A DNA stretch of 64,000 bases, from contig NC_087251.1 in NCBI RefSeq assembly GCF_037042905.1, positions 20,152,001 to 20,216,000 on the forward strand, read 5' to 3'. The position numbers were made by a program, and so were the translations under genes. This DNA comes from Lytechinus pictus. Lineage: Eukaryota. The notes beneath the pieces were generated by a model. That model did no database searches. It had not been told where the DNA came from and saw nothing but the letters and a program-made list of their open reading frames with translations. This document shows, one piece after another, positions 26,510 through 41,442 of this stretch (the first letter of the stretch is position 1; each line of letters begins with the position of its first letter).

Positions 26510-29500
26510 TTAACCCCCTTTTCAATCAAAATTCATAACAACATTGATCGTCAACAAGTGAATTGTCAATCTTTGTAAATATTTAATCTGCAAAGAGAAA
26601 AAAATATCACATATTTTAATTGAATGTTACTAGACTGTTAAATGAAAAGCAATTGTATGTTGGTAATTAAAGTACATTCAAAATCATTGGTCCGTTCAAA
26701 TTTCTGTCAGCTATGCAATACACTGCTTATAAAGTGAAGTGTAATAAGCATACCTCAGCTACTTTAGGGTTTCATGCTTTTGATTTAATCCTTTTCCTGC
26801 TGGGACTATGTACATGTAGTCCCTGTACAAAACCAGTATAGGAATGCAAAATTTCATAACTAACAGGATAAGATAACAAAAACCTAAATCTAAATCTTAT
26901 TCTTAAACAGCCAAAACACTCAAGTTCCATTATTAGGAAGTGAAAAGAAAGGGATGACAGACCCATCCAACAATACTTCCCCTCCCCCTGAAAACTAAAA
27001 AAAATCTTGGATCCGCCACAGGGAAGATATTATCTGCAAGTTTGCTAGCTGGAAGCGAGGCTAAATTATCAATCATGATTGAATTGAAATAAAAAGTACC
27101 AAGGTTACATGATATTGTGCAAATCTTCCTAACCAACACTGCTTTGTGATGCCGAAAGCTTTATATTCATGCCTCAATATTTATCCTTCTAGATGAATCA
27201 TATGAGGGTTTCTAATTAATTTCTGAATTGTGTTTCATTATCACTTCCATTTTAATGCTTTTTTTTTCTTGGGAACATGATCGCATAATTCATCTAGGCC
27301 TATAGTCATTAAAATTTTGTCCCCTATCTTATCTAAAGATATTAATTAGAAAATGATACATATTTGAAAAATATCTCAAACAACTATTAGAGCAACCAAA
27401 TTATTTTCTCTCTTTTTATTTCTTTTAAAAAGTTGAAATCGGTGATCATACAATTTCATGTTCATGTTGGAAAAAAAGCAAAATGAGATAATCTTATGTG
27501 TAGGCTACAAGGCTTATTATCATTAAACAGATGCCCACCTTGCATTTTATCTTTTTATTGCTCAAACAAGCTCAAGTAACAAATTCCAATATCACCTTGA
27601 CAAAAGTGGCCCCCACATTCTGATATCTACATATTTCTCATCCCAAAGTCTCCTAAATTTAACGTTTACATTGTGCAGTAAATAGAATATCATTGGAGAG
27701 GGAGAGCAAAAGAAAGCATATCAATATGAAAATATGAATGCCTGAGACTCCATGCCCATCTGTTATAGAGAGAAGGTCACACACCACATGCTTCTACCAT
27801 GCATGGATACACAATTATAATTATGTTATCAATTATCTGTCTGGCAAGCCATGTTTCACCAAATCCCTAAAGCCTATCAGTTAAAGTAGGTTAAATGTAC
27901 AATTATAGGATGAATTTATATCATATATCAGATATGGCACAATGCATCATGTTATTCATAAGTACTGACTGAGCAAAAGTTGTTCAAATGCAATAAATGC
28001 TTCCGACAAGCATAATGCAAGATAATTAAACCTACATAGAAATGCAACAACTGAGAAAATACTAGTGCTAATACAATATGATCAAATAAATGAGGACATT
28101 TTGAAAACTTACTACAGCTCAACCGTGTAGAATTATAGTAGTGAATAAGCCACTATTTTTATGATTGTTGACTCATGCAGCAAGTTCACAGATTATTTCA
28201 ATGGGAGTTTGGGATTTTGGTGTGCAATGAAAATATACAGAAGAGAAAATATAAAGAAGTGAAAATTTTGAGACATTGCACACGCAAAATTAGCAAAATT
28301 AAACCACTGTGAAAGTTTCAGCTTAAAAAGAATATGACAATATTGACAACTACCCCAATGAATCAACAGAAGTCTATACTCTTGTTATTCAGGAAATCTA
28401 TACCACTGACAAGAGAACCCTGGGGAATATATCTAGAAAGAAATCAGGAAAGAAAAAGGATTCCATAGAAATTGAAGTACTGGTTGGCATCTCACGAAAA
28501 TGCAATCCTCTCACGTTTCCAAATGGTATCACTCAAGTTCATTTCTATTTTCTACCGGTGATGTAGTGCTGTGGATATTGCATTGGAAACCCCACCTCAT
28601 TTATTCACATATTGGAACAGCATACACCCGACTACCCATACCACTCTTCGTTATCACCCCCCCCCCCTCATGATTTTATTTGGCAAAAAACACTGTCGTA
28701 TAAACACAGTTTTGTAAATGTTTTGCACACTTCCTCAAAGAAAGCTGTCATGACTTGTTTTTTCTCGCTGAAATCAAATTTGGAGCTTTCACTTTTCAAT
28801 GTTTTTTTTTTCTTGTAAAATGTCTTTCCCCCATTTATAAGAACCTTGTAGAAACTTATAAATAAATTTTCAAAATGTTTTTCCCCTTGGTTGAAGGAAA
28901 GTAGACACTTGAAATCTATTTTTTTTTCTCAAATATTGATAATCAAACAGAAATTAAGGCATTGATTTTGAGCATTCTCTTAATAAGTTCACCTGTCACA
29001 AGTTTGTAGTATGTCTAGCAATCGTCACTCCTTTTTCCGTTTGAGCTCAATTTGTTGGTGTCGATATATTTCACATTACACAGTCAAGAGCTGAATAATC
29101 CCCGTTGTGTGATATGATGTAAACACATCCATCCCAATATAAAAAGAGAGCCCCAGACTCATTATGGTCTCTCTCCTTTTCTCTCTCTCATCACTCCTCT
29201 CAAAATCTGCTATGTTTCTCATTTCATCACAACGATTACCTTTCAATACACCTAAAAGCCCCCCTTCCTCTCGCTTTCGTGATTTTCTGTTTCATTTTCT
29301 ATTATCAGAGTAAGATCTATCCGTCTCTTTCTATCTCCTTGCCCATCCCTGTCGTTTGCCTACTTGCTCTTGAAAGAGATCTAACCAATTGCACATCCAG
29401 TACTTGTGTCACGTAGACTTGACTTTCCACCCTTTTTCCTGTACGAGAGATGCAAATTCCTTAATAGTATGTCAGAGCTGGGAGGCTTGGGGATACAAAA

Positions 29501-31184
29501 AAGAAGCAATTTCATTAAAAATAATAACTGATGGAAAAAACGACTAAATGACTGAGTGCCAAAGACATGAGGTTACCCAAACAAAAACCACCTGTGTATA
29601 ATAGTAAAAATAGTTTTCTTTCTTTAAATACTTAATCAAGTTTAGCTCAAAATAAAGAAAAAATATTGAATAATTTAAACGGGTATAAAAATAAATGAAG
29701 AATCATAAATTGATTTTCTGAAGTACATCCTAAAGATGATAAATTGCACTTACTACAAAACTCTTGTATGACTAGATACAATATACATACGGTACTATTG
29801 GTATTTCATTTTGTGGAATTGATACATATACATATTGGGTTAAAATGTATCTCACAATTGGCTTGTATAGACTCTAAACAAACAAAAACATTTTGGACAC
29901 ATTGAATATATGTACAATAAATTTTTCTTATTAATTACTGCAAGTCATGTAGCAATTGAAATGAGGGAGCTGAGTAAGGTCTATTAAATACGACTAGTCA
30001 CCTCAGAAGCTGTGCAATGGAGACACACAAGCACCACTGGATGCATGTGACCTTTTCTCAGGGATCACCTCGGAAAATGCATCATCAATAATTCCTGTAG
30101 TGCTGCATTGGTCATGGTGATATATTATTGTCTCTATAGCAGTGAGATGGTAATTATTTAGTTGCAGTAAAATTACTACACATTGAACTATGGGATTGGA
30201 TCATTCATTGAAAACATACAAAGCAGCAATATTTGATATAATTTGAAAAAGACTTGACAATAAGCGACAGTAATCCATTAAAAAAATTATCTTGATGGGA
30301 AGAAATATGATGCTCATACCATTTAGCAGTAAAATACAAAGAGACTATTTCAAACAAAATTACAAATAAATCAATGAAGGAATATTAACAAAAATTAAAT
30401 TGATAGACAAGTAAAATAAAATTTAAAAACAAAACCTTACAGACAATCACTACTAATATCATTGATGTTGAAACCAGTGGGATAAATTACATGAACATTC
30501 TACCCCCACCCCCCAAAAAAAAAACCCATGTTATTAAGGGAAAAAGTCAAAATCATAAAAGTCGCCACATGATCCATTAAACATGGCAACTTGTGTATGA
30601 TTCAGGAGTTGTACATGTACAAACACCTTGAGGTTACAGGCAGGAGATAAACAATGCTTAAGGTATCCTTTATTGATTTTTTCCTGAAACAACCTGGACG
30701 GATGACCTGAAATTGACCTAGTACAAGGCAATTACTGATGTGACCCACAGCATATTATCTGGACTTCCTAACAGATTGTTCATTACAATGCACCCAAGCC
30801 AATGTTGCTGGGTGGTTAGGACACAAGAGGCTTCATTGCCATTGACAATTTGAAATCATAACTTGGGAATTGATACTGGGCCTGAAGCCATGAAATGAGA
30901 CAATATCTGACAAAAGATAATGGGTCTTTTTGTTTTTCATTTAAACAATCAGTCGATTACTGATGTATGGTTTTATCACAATTTGATTTAAAGTAAGATG
31001 AAATCAATTCGCATCTTTCCAAAATTTAATGACAGACAAAATTAGAACTAGTCTCAAGTTACAAGCTTAGTTTAATACCAGGTATTAAAAAACAAAACTA
31101 TCAGATTTGTTGAATCAAGATTGTGGCACATTCCTTAAAAAATCTATGGCAATACATGTAGGAAATAACATGCCTTCTGTAGTA

Positions 31185-31311
31185 CATTTTATCAAGAGTT
31201 TTGTCACTATTTTCACTTACAGATGTAATGAGCTACTGGAAATTCCTTGCACCTGATTGGCAGAGAGCAAATTACTCAGTGAAAATTACGGACAAAACTC
31301 TTATGAAATGT
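31185..31311. mobile_element. Short degenerate palindromic MITE
   Basis: cattttatcaagagttttgtc ... gacaaaactcttatgaaatg inverted ends. Confidence 0.55.
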
Positions 31312-33966
31312 TCCCTAGTTTCTCAATTTTGTGAATGAAAGGAATGAGATTATGAAATAGAAACAAATTAATTATCAATAACAAGGGCCTGACATATTCA
31401 GAAAATCCTAAAGGACATATTCCAAGAGGACAAATAGAAGTTTCTCCTAACCAATATTTTTCAAAAGTTCGAAAGAAACAAATTATAAATAGCAAGGGAT
31501 TGAAATATTCCAAAGGGACATTTTGCAAAAGGACAAGTACAAGTATCTACTTGTTAATATTTTTCAAAAGTTTAGTACTCAAAAGTGCATCTCAAAAAAG
31601 AAACATGATTTCAGAGACAAATGGCAGCTAGGCATCAAACTCATCAAATATGTTTCGACTTCAATATGATACTCATGGTAAGAGTCCATTCTCTTCTTTG
31701 GTTTGAGATGAAAAACTTTGTTTACAGTTGATGCATCATAGATCACACACAAAAAATTATGCTGACTCTAGTACTACTAAAAAAATTGCATAGAAAATAA
31801 TGTGTGGATCTGTATTCATTCTTGTTTTGATTTTTGAAGAAAAAGCATACAAAGAACATTTTAAAAAATGACAATAAGCCATCTAGTTATAAATCAGGTG
31901 AACTTAATGTCGGTGTACACTGTAAAAAAAGATATGATAAATCATTTCTCTACACTGCAAAAACCCTGAGAATCCTCCTTTTCCTGGGATGTACACTGGT
32001 GCGTTATATTCCTTATCCAGTGGGAAATTAATGAATGGTGAATATTATTTTAAAAGTAAGCCACTGGGTAACAAGCAAGGAGTGAAAGAAAATCTAGGGC
32101 ACCTTGTCAAAAATGTATTAAAAAAAGGGAAATAACTATTCTTTGCCTTTGTGTTCTTCCAATGGCCTTTCAATAGAGCCTTTAAATTCCATTCTTCAGT
32201 TGTCAGGGCAGAATAATAAATGCCTCAAATGTACTATAAGGAGCTAAGCGCAGTGTCTCCTTCCAGTAGATGAAGGATATTTTGATCTCACCAACCAGAA
32301 AAGAGTTTCCCTTATGAACAGTGTGCAATTTATTTATTTTTTCTTTAAGCCCGGATCTATGGATTTTGACACCAAACAGAAAGGGGAAATAACACCATGG
32401 GCTTATATTTGAGCATTCTGAAGCAGCTTTCAAATTTGTCCTATTTTGATTTGTTGGGTACTATTTTTCCTTATTCGATATACATACTGGCAGGTTGGTA
32501 TGTCTAGCCTGAAAAAAGGAACATATATATTTAAAAACTCACTTAGAAACAGAGCAATAATGCTCTAGTTATATGGGACAGGCTACTGCAAGGTGATCGC
32601 ATCAAACAATGACTTTCATGCAAAATAAAAAATCCATAATTTCTTCATATTTTCCTAGATTTGATTAGCTTATGATTCTACACAACTGACCAAGACTCTT
32701 TGCTACATGTACATGTACTTCTTTCCAAAGAAAATTTCTTTATACCCTCTAAATTTCAAGTATACATACAAGATATCTCCAGAGTGGATTTGGTGAGAAT
32801 TGAGTACCCATCCTAACACTGAATCTATATTCAAAGTTTCAATTCTTAAAGATATGATTTCAAAAGCATAAAATTTATCTTAAATTATTAAAAACAAATC
32901 AGAACTGCAAAGAAATAAGAATCGTGATCAAATACACAGTTTGGCTGGTCACAGACCACAGACTATCTGGATTTATATTGAATCCCTGTAATTCAATACT
33001 GTAAAGTTTTGGAACAGAATAATTTTGGAAATAAAAAATGCAGACTTTACAGTAAAAACAAAAGAAAAAGAAAGTAACACACAGTTTTTGTATAGCACAT
33101 ATCATTACAACTATTTTTCCAGACGTAAGTAAACAATGGCAAACATGTTTGCAAAGTTTACATAGGGGATTTGAGGTTTACCTTTACACACATCCTAAGA
33201 ATGTACTTGTGCATGTAATATAGGTTCAATCCGTTCCCACTCAAAACAATATTTGACTGTTGACACAGCCACGCCTTCTTACTAGGGGTACATTTACTGC
33301 TCTATTTCAAAGCAAACATCCCCAACCTATTAGCAGGGGAGTAGTATAGAGATGTTTTAAATAATATTGCACAGAAACCCCCATCCCAACATCATGTCCA
33401 TACTTCTTTTTGAGCAATGTGTTTCTATTTCTTGAGTGAAAAGCTTGAATTTAATCTATAACTTATCCCTCAAAAATGCATACTTGTATTTTTGTCCGCA
33501 TTGTTTGAAGGTCTAGTAGTCTTTTTCAATCTGGCAAACTGTTTGTGATTTTCATTGTTCAACATGGACCCCATCTCCTTTTCTGTCTGTCTGTCTGTCT
33601 CTACTCTCTTTATTTTGTCTTCTCCGTCTTCCCGTCTCATTTCCTCTCTCCATCTATCTCTTCATTTCCACTGGTCTGTTTGATCTGTCTGTCTGGCTGC
33701 TCTTTTCATCTTTTGTTGAATTATTGATTTTTCTCCATTGAAATCTAACAGAACCAAACACAGACTGTACAGTCTACACCATATCCTTTAAAAGGTGAAG
33801 AGTAGTACAACGAATAAAACAAATCTACATAATTATCAAAGGAAATCTGTATGGTATCTGTACTATTATGCAAAGCAAAGAGGATATCTTATAATCAGTT
33901 TCAAATACACCACAATCAATGATATTAGTTTAGGAAGCTACCCGTCACCAAATACGTAAAGTATAT

Positions 33967-34281
33967 GGCCCGTATTCTGAAGTCAGGTTTAACTTACAGG
34001 GTAGACCATTAAACTCTGTACTAAAATTATGGGGACCCAAACATTCGAAATTCTGTTTATATTATATATTTCTTATGTTTACTATTTTCTTTCCTTTGGC
34101 TTTCATTATGGAGAAAAATACTTCAGATATCATTCACAGACCATTATGGACAATTTAAGACTCAAATGGGTTAATTAATTAGATGTCTACTGTCAGGGAA
34201 TTGTGCCCCAATTGGCTCTCCATAGTTAAACCACATCTTTAAACCAGGGTTTAATTTAAACCCGAGTTCAGAATACGGGCC
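33967..34281. mobile_element. MITE with GGCCC termini
   Basis: ggcccgtattctgaagtcaggtttaa ... ttaaacccgagttcagaatacgggcc. Confidence 0.85.
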
Positions 34282-35532
34282 TCGATTCTTAACCAACAGC
34301 AAGCAGTACAATGTACCATCTCCATTACAAAATGGTTGCTTCAACTTTGTACATCCTATGTCATGGTCATACTTGAGTATTCTCTGATACTAAATCAAAT
34401 GAAGCAAAAATGGAGCTTTTATCGGGGGACACAACATTTCACCAGGGTTTTGTCAGCTCACACATCACATTGTGTATTCAGGCTTAATATGGGTTTGGCT
34501 CATTATCATAATACTACAGTGATAATCCTTGTGACGTACACACAATGTGCCTATCCACCCATCTACACCCTTCTGCCAGAGAGGGCAGCAAAGCACTATG
34601 AACAGCAGTTTAATGTCAACCATTGATAGAATCTGAATAGGCAAGAAGAATACCCTTCCAAAACCCATGCATATCTACTAATGTTTAGGAGTGGAATTCT
34701 AAGGGTATAATTTTTTCAAAATTAATTCATTATTTTAAGTCTGTATAAAGACTTTTCTATATAAAGGATTAATTTTTATTTTGCTTGCTTTGCATTTGCA
34801 CATGCAGGTACTTTGCTTTCATTTTTCAATTTTTTTTTAAAACAAGAACTTTTTTTAGTGTGAAATTGAAAACAAAGTATCGAGAATTTCAATTCCATCC
34901 AACCACCGAAGCATGAAACATGCACATTCTTCCCAAGACAGAAAATACGGGTATGAACACTTTATGATGCATCCCCATATGGGTCTAATATTAAACAAAT
35001 ATATTCTTGAAAATTACAGACATTTTTTTGATTAACACATGAAAGCAGTACTTCGCTACACCATCCTACCTAGAGCAGGGTGGGTTGCAGAGCAGTCCCC
35101 AGGAATTTTCAGACCACTCTCCAGTAAAGGGTTGACAAGGTCACCTAGTCATCTTATGACATTGGAAAACACATGGGGGATAGGGGGGGGGGGGCATGAT
35201 ATCACCATGGAAACCATGTTCCATTAATTATGTATTGTCTCCATTAAGACCTGGGAGGTTGAATGGAAGTACAGCTTCACTCCTGCAATTTACTGACTAA
35301 TTCCAATGACATTGCAAGCGTCAGGCGGGTAGGTGAGTCGCCATGGTGTTGGTGGGCAATGACAGCCCCTTCGGATCACATGACCTTTTGCGAATCGATG
35401 AATAAAACTGAGCGGTACCATGTTTCATCTCAAAGTACTAATTCATCAATGCTTCATTACTATTATTTGTCATAAATACAAAAAAAATCTCTGTCATGGG
35501 TGCCTGATTAAAATAGGAATATCCGCAATTAA

Positions 35533-36105
35533 AGGGGAATGAAACCTTTGGAACAAGTAGGCTTGTGTCGAAACAGAAAAATCAAAGAAACAGATCAACG
35601 AAAGTTTGAGAAAAATTGGACAAATAATGAGAAAGGTATGAGCATTTGAATATCGCAATCACTAATGCTATGGAGATCCTCCCATTGGCAATGCGACAAG
35701 GATGTGTGATGTCACATGTGAACAACTTTCCCTTAGATGGACTATAAAATGTCTCTTTTTGCTTTTTCTTATGGTGATACAAACTCTTTATCTATGACGT
35801 ATTCTTTAAAGATCTGTATTACATGCCCTCCTATAGAAAGAACTCATGATGTACTGATAGATGTGATAACAGTGGCAATTTAAGTGAAATATATAGTAAA
35901 GTAATGGGAGAGTTGTTCACAAGTGATGTCACAAATCTTTGTTGCATTGCCAATATGAGGATCTCCATAGCATTAGTGATCGCAATATTCAAATGCTCAT
36001 AACTTTCTCATTATTTGTCCGATTTTTCTCAAACTTTCATTGATCTGTTTCTTTGATTTTTCTGTTTTCACACAAGCTATCTTGTTCTAAAGGTTTCATT
36101 CTCCT
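35533..36105. mobile_element. TTAA-flanked foldback MITE (Kolobok-like termini, inferred)
   Basis: TTAA|aggggaatgaaacctttggaacaag ... cttgttctaaaggtttcattctcct|TTAA; inverted arms of about 200 bp. Confidence 0.9.
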
Positions 36106-38074
36106 TTAAGTGCTCAAGAAATAGGTTAGAAATCATGTTCAATTGTAAAATAAGGTGCTAAATTCATGTTTATCAATTGCATGTGGTGTGGTAATGTAAC
36201 ACGGTATGAGTGTGTACTATGATGCCGCTAGCAAACCTAGACATTATGTCTATATCCACGATCCAATTTAGGTATAATTAAGAGATGCAGGCACATCATG
36301 CCATGCGTGAATCAGCTGAAGCCACGGGGCATTAGCTCAGGTAGAGGTTAGCCCTGCTGGTGGCTAATGAATAATTTCTCTCTTCTCTATAATTTGCAGG
36401 GGGCGAGAGTGCCTCCTGTTTACTGCCTCTGATCAGCTCAATAGGATTAATGCAAGTTATTGGTTTGGGAAGTGCGGACTGTACAAGTTCAGAAATAGAA
36501 CCAGGATTACGGGATAACAAGCAGGCTCAAGCTGACATTCAAGTCATGCTAATTAAAGGTGACATTGAATATAGTCTTAAATTCATAACATTTATATATT
36601 TCTTTACAAAAAGTATATAAATAAGATATAGAAAATTTCAATCCATGCAAAATAACTTTTAATTTTTTTTAACTAAATAGAAATGTAAATTTAAATAAAT
36701 GTATAAAAACACTAGCAAAAATGAGTTGGAAATACTTGATTCAAGAATACTATTAAGTACTAGCAAGATTCAATAAAAGTATTTAATATACATGTAAATG
36801 GTGAATTCAACAAATGGATGCTGAATGTGAAGATCCCTTACTTTTATGTTAATGAGCAGCCACTTGAGGTAGCATTGAATGTAGAACATGACTCATTTTG
36901 AGTGCATTGATTGATTGAAGCAATGTAATGTCAGGTGATGAAGTATTACGGTCAAGGTGACTCATCCCTATACAGAGCATGGACATTAAACATTCTACTT
37001 GCAAAATACAATAATTATGAACATGCATGGGGGAATCCCAATACAGACATTCAACAGAGGACCCGGGATCCATGGATGTAAGTAATGACATCATTGGCAT
37101 GGATATGATAATTAATTGCCCCGGGACCTGTCTTTACAAGAGTTGCAATAGACTCAAATAAAACTCAAGTTATGATGGATGTACATTTGATATCTCTTAA
37201 TTAGGTAATTTGAGATATTGAGATTAATCTTAATTTTGAGTATGAATTGATACTATCGCAACCCTTTGTATCGAGGTGGATCAATCTTCCGAAAGTATTT
37301 GCCATACATGTACATGTACATGTAGATGTAGAATTCATTAAATGATTATAATTTTTTCCTCAAATATCTGATTTTGCTAATCTGGTCGAAAAAAAATTAT
37401 CATTAGATCATGAAAAAAGTATTTGAAATGGTGGGTGCTTATACATTTAAATGATAAATGTACATTTAAGTTTTTCAGACCACAACTCCCCTAGATAATA
37501 TTCAATCATACATGTACATTATATAAGACACTGGGTCAATTGAATAAAGTTCATTAGAATTAAAGCAGCCAACACAAGAAGAAAATCTACCAAACATCTA
37601 ATAATCCATTTGTATTCATACATAATTTGAATTCAGAGTATGCTGGATTGCTCATTCCATGTCATGCTTAAGCATTTTTTCATTGTACAGTGTATGGCAG
37701 TATTCATCTTGGAAAATGATATTTCACAAAATTAAAGTATATATGATACTGAAACAGCTATAATTTTCCTAATATTATCTCAAAAGAATCTGTAAGTAAG
37801 ATTCGATTATATATTGTATTGATGAAGAGAGAATTGTGTTTGATAAATCACTTCCACATATCTGTTTATACTTTCATAATAATTTATCTATTCTGCACAT
37901 TTGTTAATTGTTTATGGTTTAGCATTTATTGTAGCTACGTACATGTACATATCCTATCACCAGCCAAAACTTTCTATTTTTTTGTTAAGTTGATTTGAGT
38001 TCCTGGATAAAAAAAAATAATTTCTCAAGAGCTTTCATTTATTTCAATACTAATATACTTGTTTGATTCACTCC

Positions 38075-38077
<3 letters not shown>

Positions 38078-38106
<29 letters not shown>
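38078..38106. repeat. Poly(A) tract of about 29 nt
   Basis: Directly visible. Confidence 0.9.
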
Positions 38107-38109
<3 letters not shown>

Positions 38110-38588
38110 TAATATTACAAGACAGGTATAAAAAAAGAGAAAAAGAACTAAAAAATAAAGGATTACAGAACAAAGAGTATAAAGTTCCTGGTTCTTTTAC
38201 ACCTCAAAGCTGTGCATGAAAATTTGTTTTTCTCTCTACAAAAGTTATCTCAGTATGAATTCAGAAACAACATAAAATTCGCACAAGAATTGCTTGTCTT
38301 GCATTTACAGTATCATTTGTAAAGTCACTTTACAACTTTAATATATTTTCCTAATTTTATCTAATATAATAAAGAACAATGAATGAAGACTCAAAGAATT
38401 TGTCATACCAACACATATTAAGAGGGAAAAAGTAGATTGCCCTATTTAGAATAACTGCAATGTATTTAACCCCATTATATAAATTGAAATGAATTTACTG
38501 TAAGCCATTTATAGTGGGATAACCTACTTCTTTTAATGCATGTACATGTACAGGTAAAACATCTCATAATAAAATGTAGGCATAAGTA

Positions 38589-39451
38589 GGGGAAGGCGGG
38601 GTAAGTTGTGACACTTTTTGCTTTTTGCATGTTAGAATTGATATGACTAATGATCTTGTAGAAAAAAGTACCTTGCCTTATAATCTAATTCTTCTGAAAT
38701 ATTTTTCGCCTATATAAAATTTTCTACCCCCACATTGAAAGTCACTGTAACCTTTGAAAAAAGAGATGTCAAATGGCTCAACTTGCCCCATCTGTGGGGG
38801 TAAGTTGAGCCACCTTCTGGGGTAAGTTGAGCCACAAAAACTATGTACAAAATGTATGGGGTAAGAACCACCATGTCAATTTTTTGTAAAAAGTCTTTTC
38901 ACTCGCTCATTCTCTATAAATACCAACATCCTCCAAAAGGAAAAGAACAGTCATGTAAATTTGCTCCTTTCTGCCTGCATATCGATGGCTTTTTTAGGTT
39001 TGTTTGTTTTTTATATGTACATTACCATAAGAATTACCATGGCTCAACTTGCCCCATATTGGTTTGCTCAACTTACCCCAGTCCTAACTTAATGCGATAA
39101 TTTCGCATCCACACATTTCTTATGCATCCATCATGTAAAAAACTATGACAAAGATGAAGATCCATACCTGGACTAACAATGTTGTTCTTATGTCTTTATT
39201 ATATTTAAAGACGTGTGCGTGTAAAAAGCACTTATCTATTTCACACCCTTTTTTACTTTTTTGGCTGAAATTTGTATTTTTCCCTCTTAAAAAGTACTTT
39301 CTGTTTCAAAGTTGAAAAAAATGTGGTGGGGTTAGGGGTTATGCAATGGGTCATCAATACATGGCACCACCACGATGTCCGACTCATTCATTATTGGCCT
39401 GGGGGTGATGGCTCAACTTGCCCCTATGCTCAACTTACCCCGCCTTCCCCC
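38589..39451. mobile_element. TA-flanked non-autonomous DNA transposon with multiple internal copies of its TIR motif
   Basis: TA|ggggaaggcggggtaagttg ... caacttaccccgccttccccc|TA; internal ggggtaagttgagcc / ggctcaacttgcccc motifs in both orientations. Confidence 0.85.
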
Positions 39452-39656
39452 TATAGATTCATACAGAAACGGTGATCCACCATTCTGACTTTTATTCTTC
39501 TTCTTTTTCTTCTTTTTTTTTTGAATACACATATGAATTAAATTTAATTCATGTGTTATATCATATTCAATTCATGAATTAAATGTATGTGTCATATTAT
39601 ATTCAATTCATGAATTGAATTAAATTTAAAAATTTAATTATTTAAATTAAACTAAC

Positions 39657-39910
39657 ACCGGTGTGTTTGCTCAGTTGGTAGAGAATCCGTCTCACAACCG
39701 GAGGTCGGGGGTTCAAACCCCGGCTGCGTCAGACCAAAAGACGTTAAAAGATGGGAGTTGCTGCTACCCTGTTTGGCATTCAATGATTAAAGGGATAGAG
39801 CTTCGTCGATCTGGCGCTACACAGCGGCTGCCGGGCCCACGATCAATTGGGCAAACAAATTTTTGGAGAATTTCATTTCATGTCTATTTCGAACAATAAA
39901 ATATAAAAAA
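39657..39910 (+). mobile_element. tRNA-derived SINE
   Basis: A box gctcagttggtagag, B box ggttcaaaccc, core gtcagaccaaaagacgttaaaagatgg (related to the SINE at 1031), A-rich tail. Confidence 0.8.
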
Positions 39911-40976
39911 TATGGATTTTGAATCACTTCACCAGCTGCCAGAATTAGTTTGTATGTAGTATGTGAACCAGGCCTACTTTGATTCAGTTGGTGAAGCTGG
40001 AATAAAAACTTTATGCATCAATGGTTTCTTCACCATCTAATAATAAAGTGTACACAACTCAGCCTAAACAGCAGCACTGTGTATTCATTTTATTTGCATT
40101 CATTATTTGGTACCATAACAAAAAAAATAAAAATCAATAAATACACTACTGCAACGCTTTCAGCTTCCCTTAAAGTAAACGTGACATGATAATACGCTAG
40201 TTGATTGCACTTGCCCAACAGGAAGAAAAAGAAGCTCAACTCCAAAATCTCCTTTGAGTCTTCAATCCATTCCATCACATAAACTCACTATGTTTTCATT
40301 GCCTGGCTTGAATATACATGTATATGCAACAAATTCCAATTATTGTTGACCTAAGGTTTACTGAGCTTGGTATATCTTTTATTCATTTATTTATTTATTT
40401 TTACTGAGGTTAATTGTCTTCTTGCTCTAGGAATTGCTTTCTTTTTAAATTGTACAATATTTCTCCAATACTGCATTCTTATTGCCTTTTGAAACCTGAT
40501 TTTGCTTGCAAGCAAGTACAAAAATACAGGTTAGTCAATTACATGTAGACATCTGACAGAGTTTTCCTACCTGTACATATCAACACAGATTGAGCTAGTA
40601 ATGCAAATATACATTACAGATAAAGAAAAGGCATAATACTGCTCATAATTGTCATGTTTAATATGGCATTCCCAAAGAGCATGTAGGTCAGTTTTCTTGT
40701 TGGGTAAGTAAATTTCAAATCTTTCTTTTCCTTCTCCAACATTTCCCATTACTTCTCTTTCTGTCTAACTATTCAATGATATGCTCCGTCACATAAATTC
40801 CAATGCAAACTGGTTAATTTTCTTTCAAGCAAGTGTAGTCAATGCCCCTTTAAACCTAATCTTACAATAGTATAATGGCAGTATATAGATGTACATTCAT
40901 GCATAAAACTTTAGATTGAATCCACTTCATCCCTTACAAGATGCACATGCTATGAAAATTATTTTCTTTCATTTAA

Positions 40977-41442
40977 GGGGAAAGTTCACCCTGAAGAAAA
41001 GTTTATGTAAAAATAGCAGAAAAAAAATTACTGAAGATTTGAGGAAATTCCATTAAAGGGTTTTGAGTTTTGGATTTGTGACATCATTAATGAGCAGCTG
41101 CCCCATATGTTATGTAATATAAAATGCATAAATTTTTAATTTTTAATGATTTGTGATGAATTATTTTTGTTTTCTTTTCAGAAAAGGGTGTGAAATTATT
41201 TGTTTATTGATATACTGAAGGTATAGTAACAACCTCTTCCAATTTTCTGAGAAAATTTGCTTTTCATTGATTTTTAACCATACGATATGTTGGAAAGATG
41301 CTCGCATATGACCTCACAAATCAAATAATTAGAATTCTATTCTTAATGGATTTTTTTCAAACCTTCGGCAATATTTTTTTCTGCTATTTTACAATTTGTA
41401 CAACTTTTTTTAAACAATTTTTTGTCAGAGTGAACTTCCCCT
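40977..41442. mobile_element. TTAA-flanked foldback MITE, more degenerate
   Basis: TTAA|ggggaaagttcaccctga ... tcagagtgaacttcccct|TTAA; partial relatives near 48940-49085 and 59010-59250. Confidence 0.8.

Noticed and set aside
36849..37100. ORF containing VHNYC as the missing last VPS39 exon
   Set aside because: It lacks the preceding AFARYPNG-like motif, so the match is probably chance.
39530..39650. AT-rich palindromic patch (attcatgaat repeats)
   Set aside because: Low-complexity local duplication between two mobile elements; no support for a function.
39657..39730. tRNA gene
   Set aside because: A and B boxes are present, but there is no clean acceptor stem, and the sequence continues into a SINE body with an A-rich tail.
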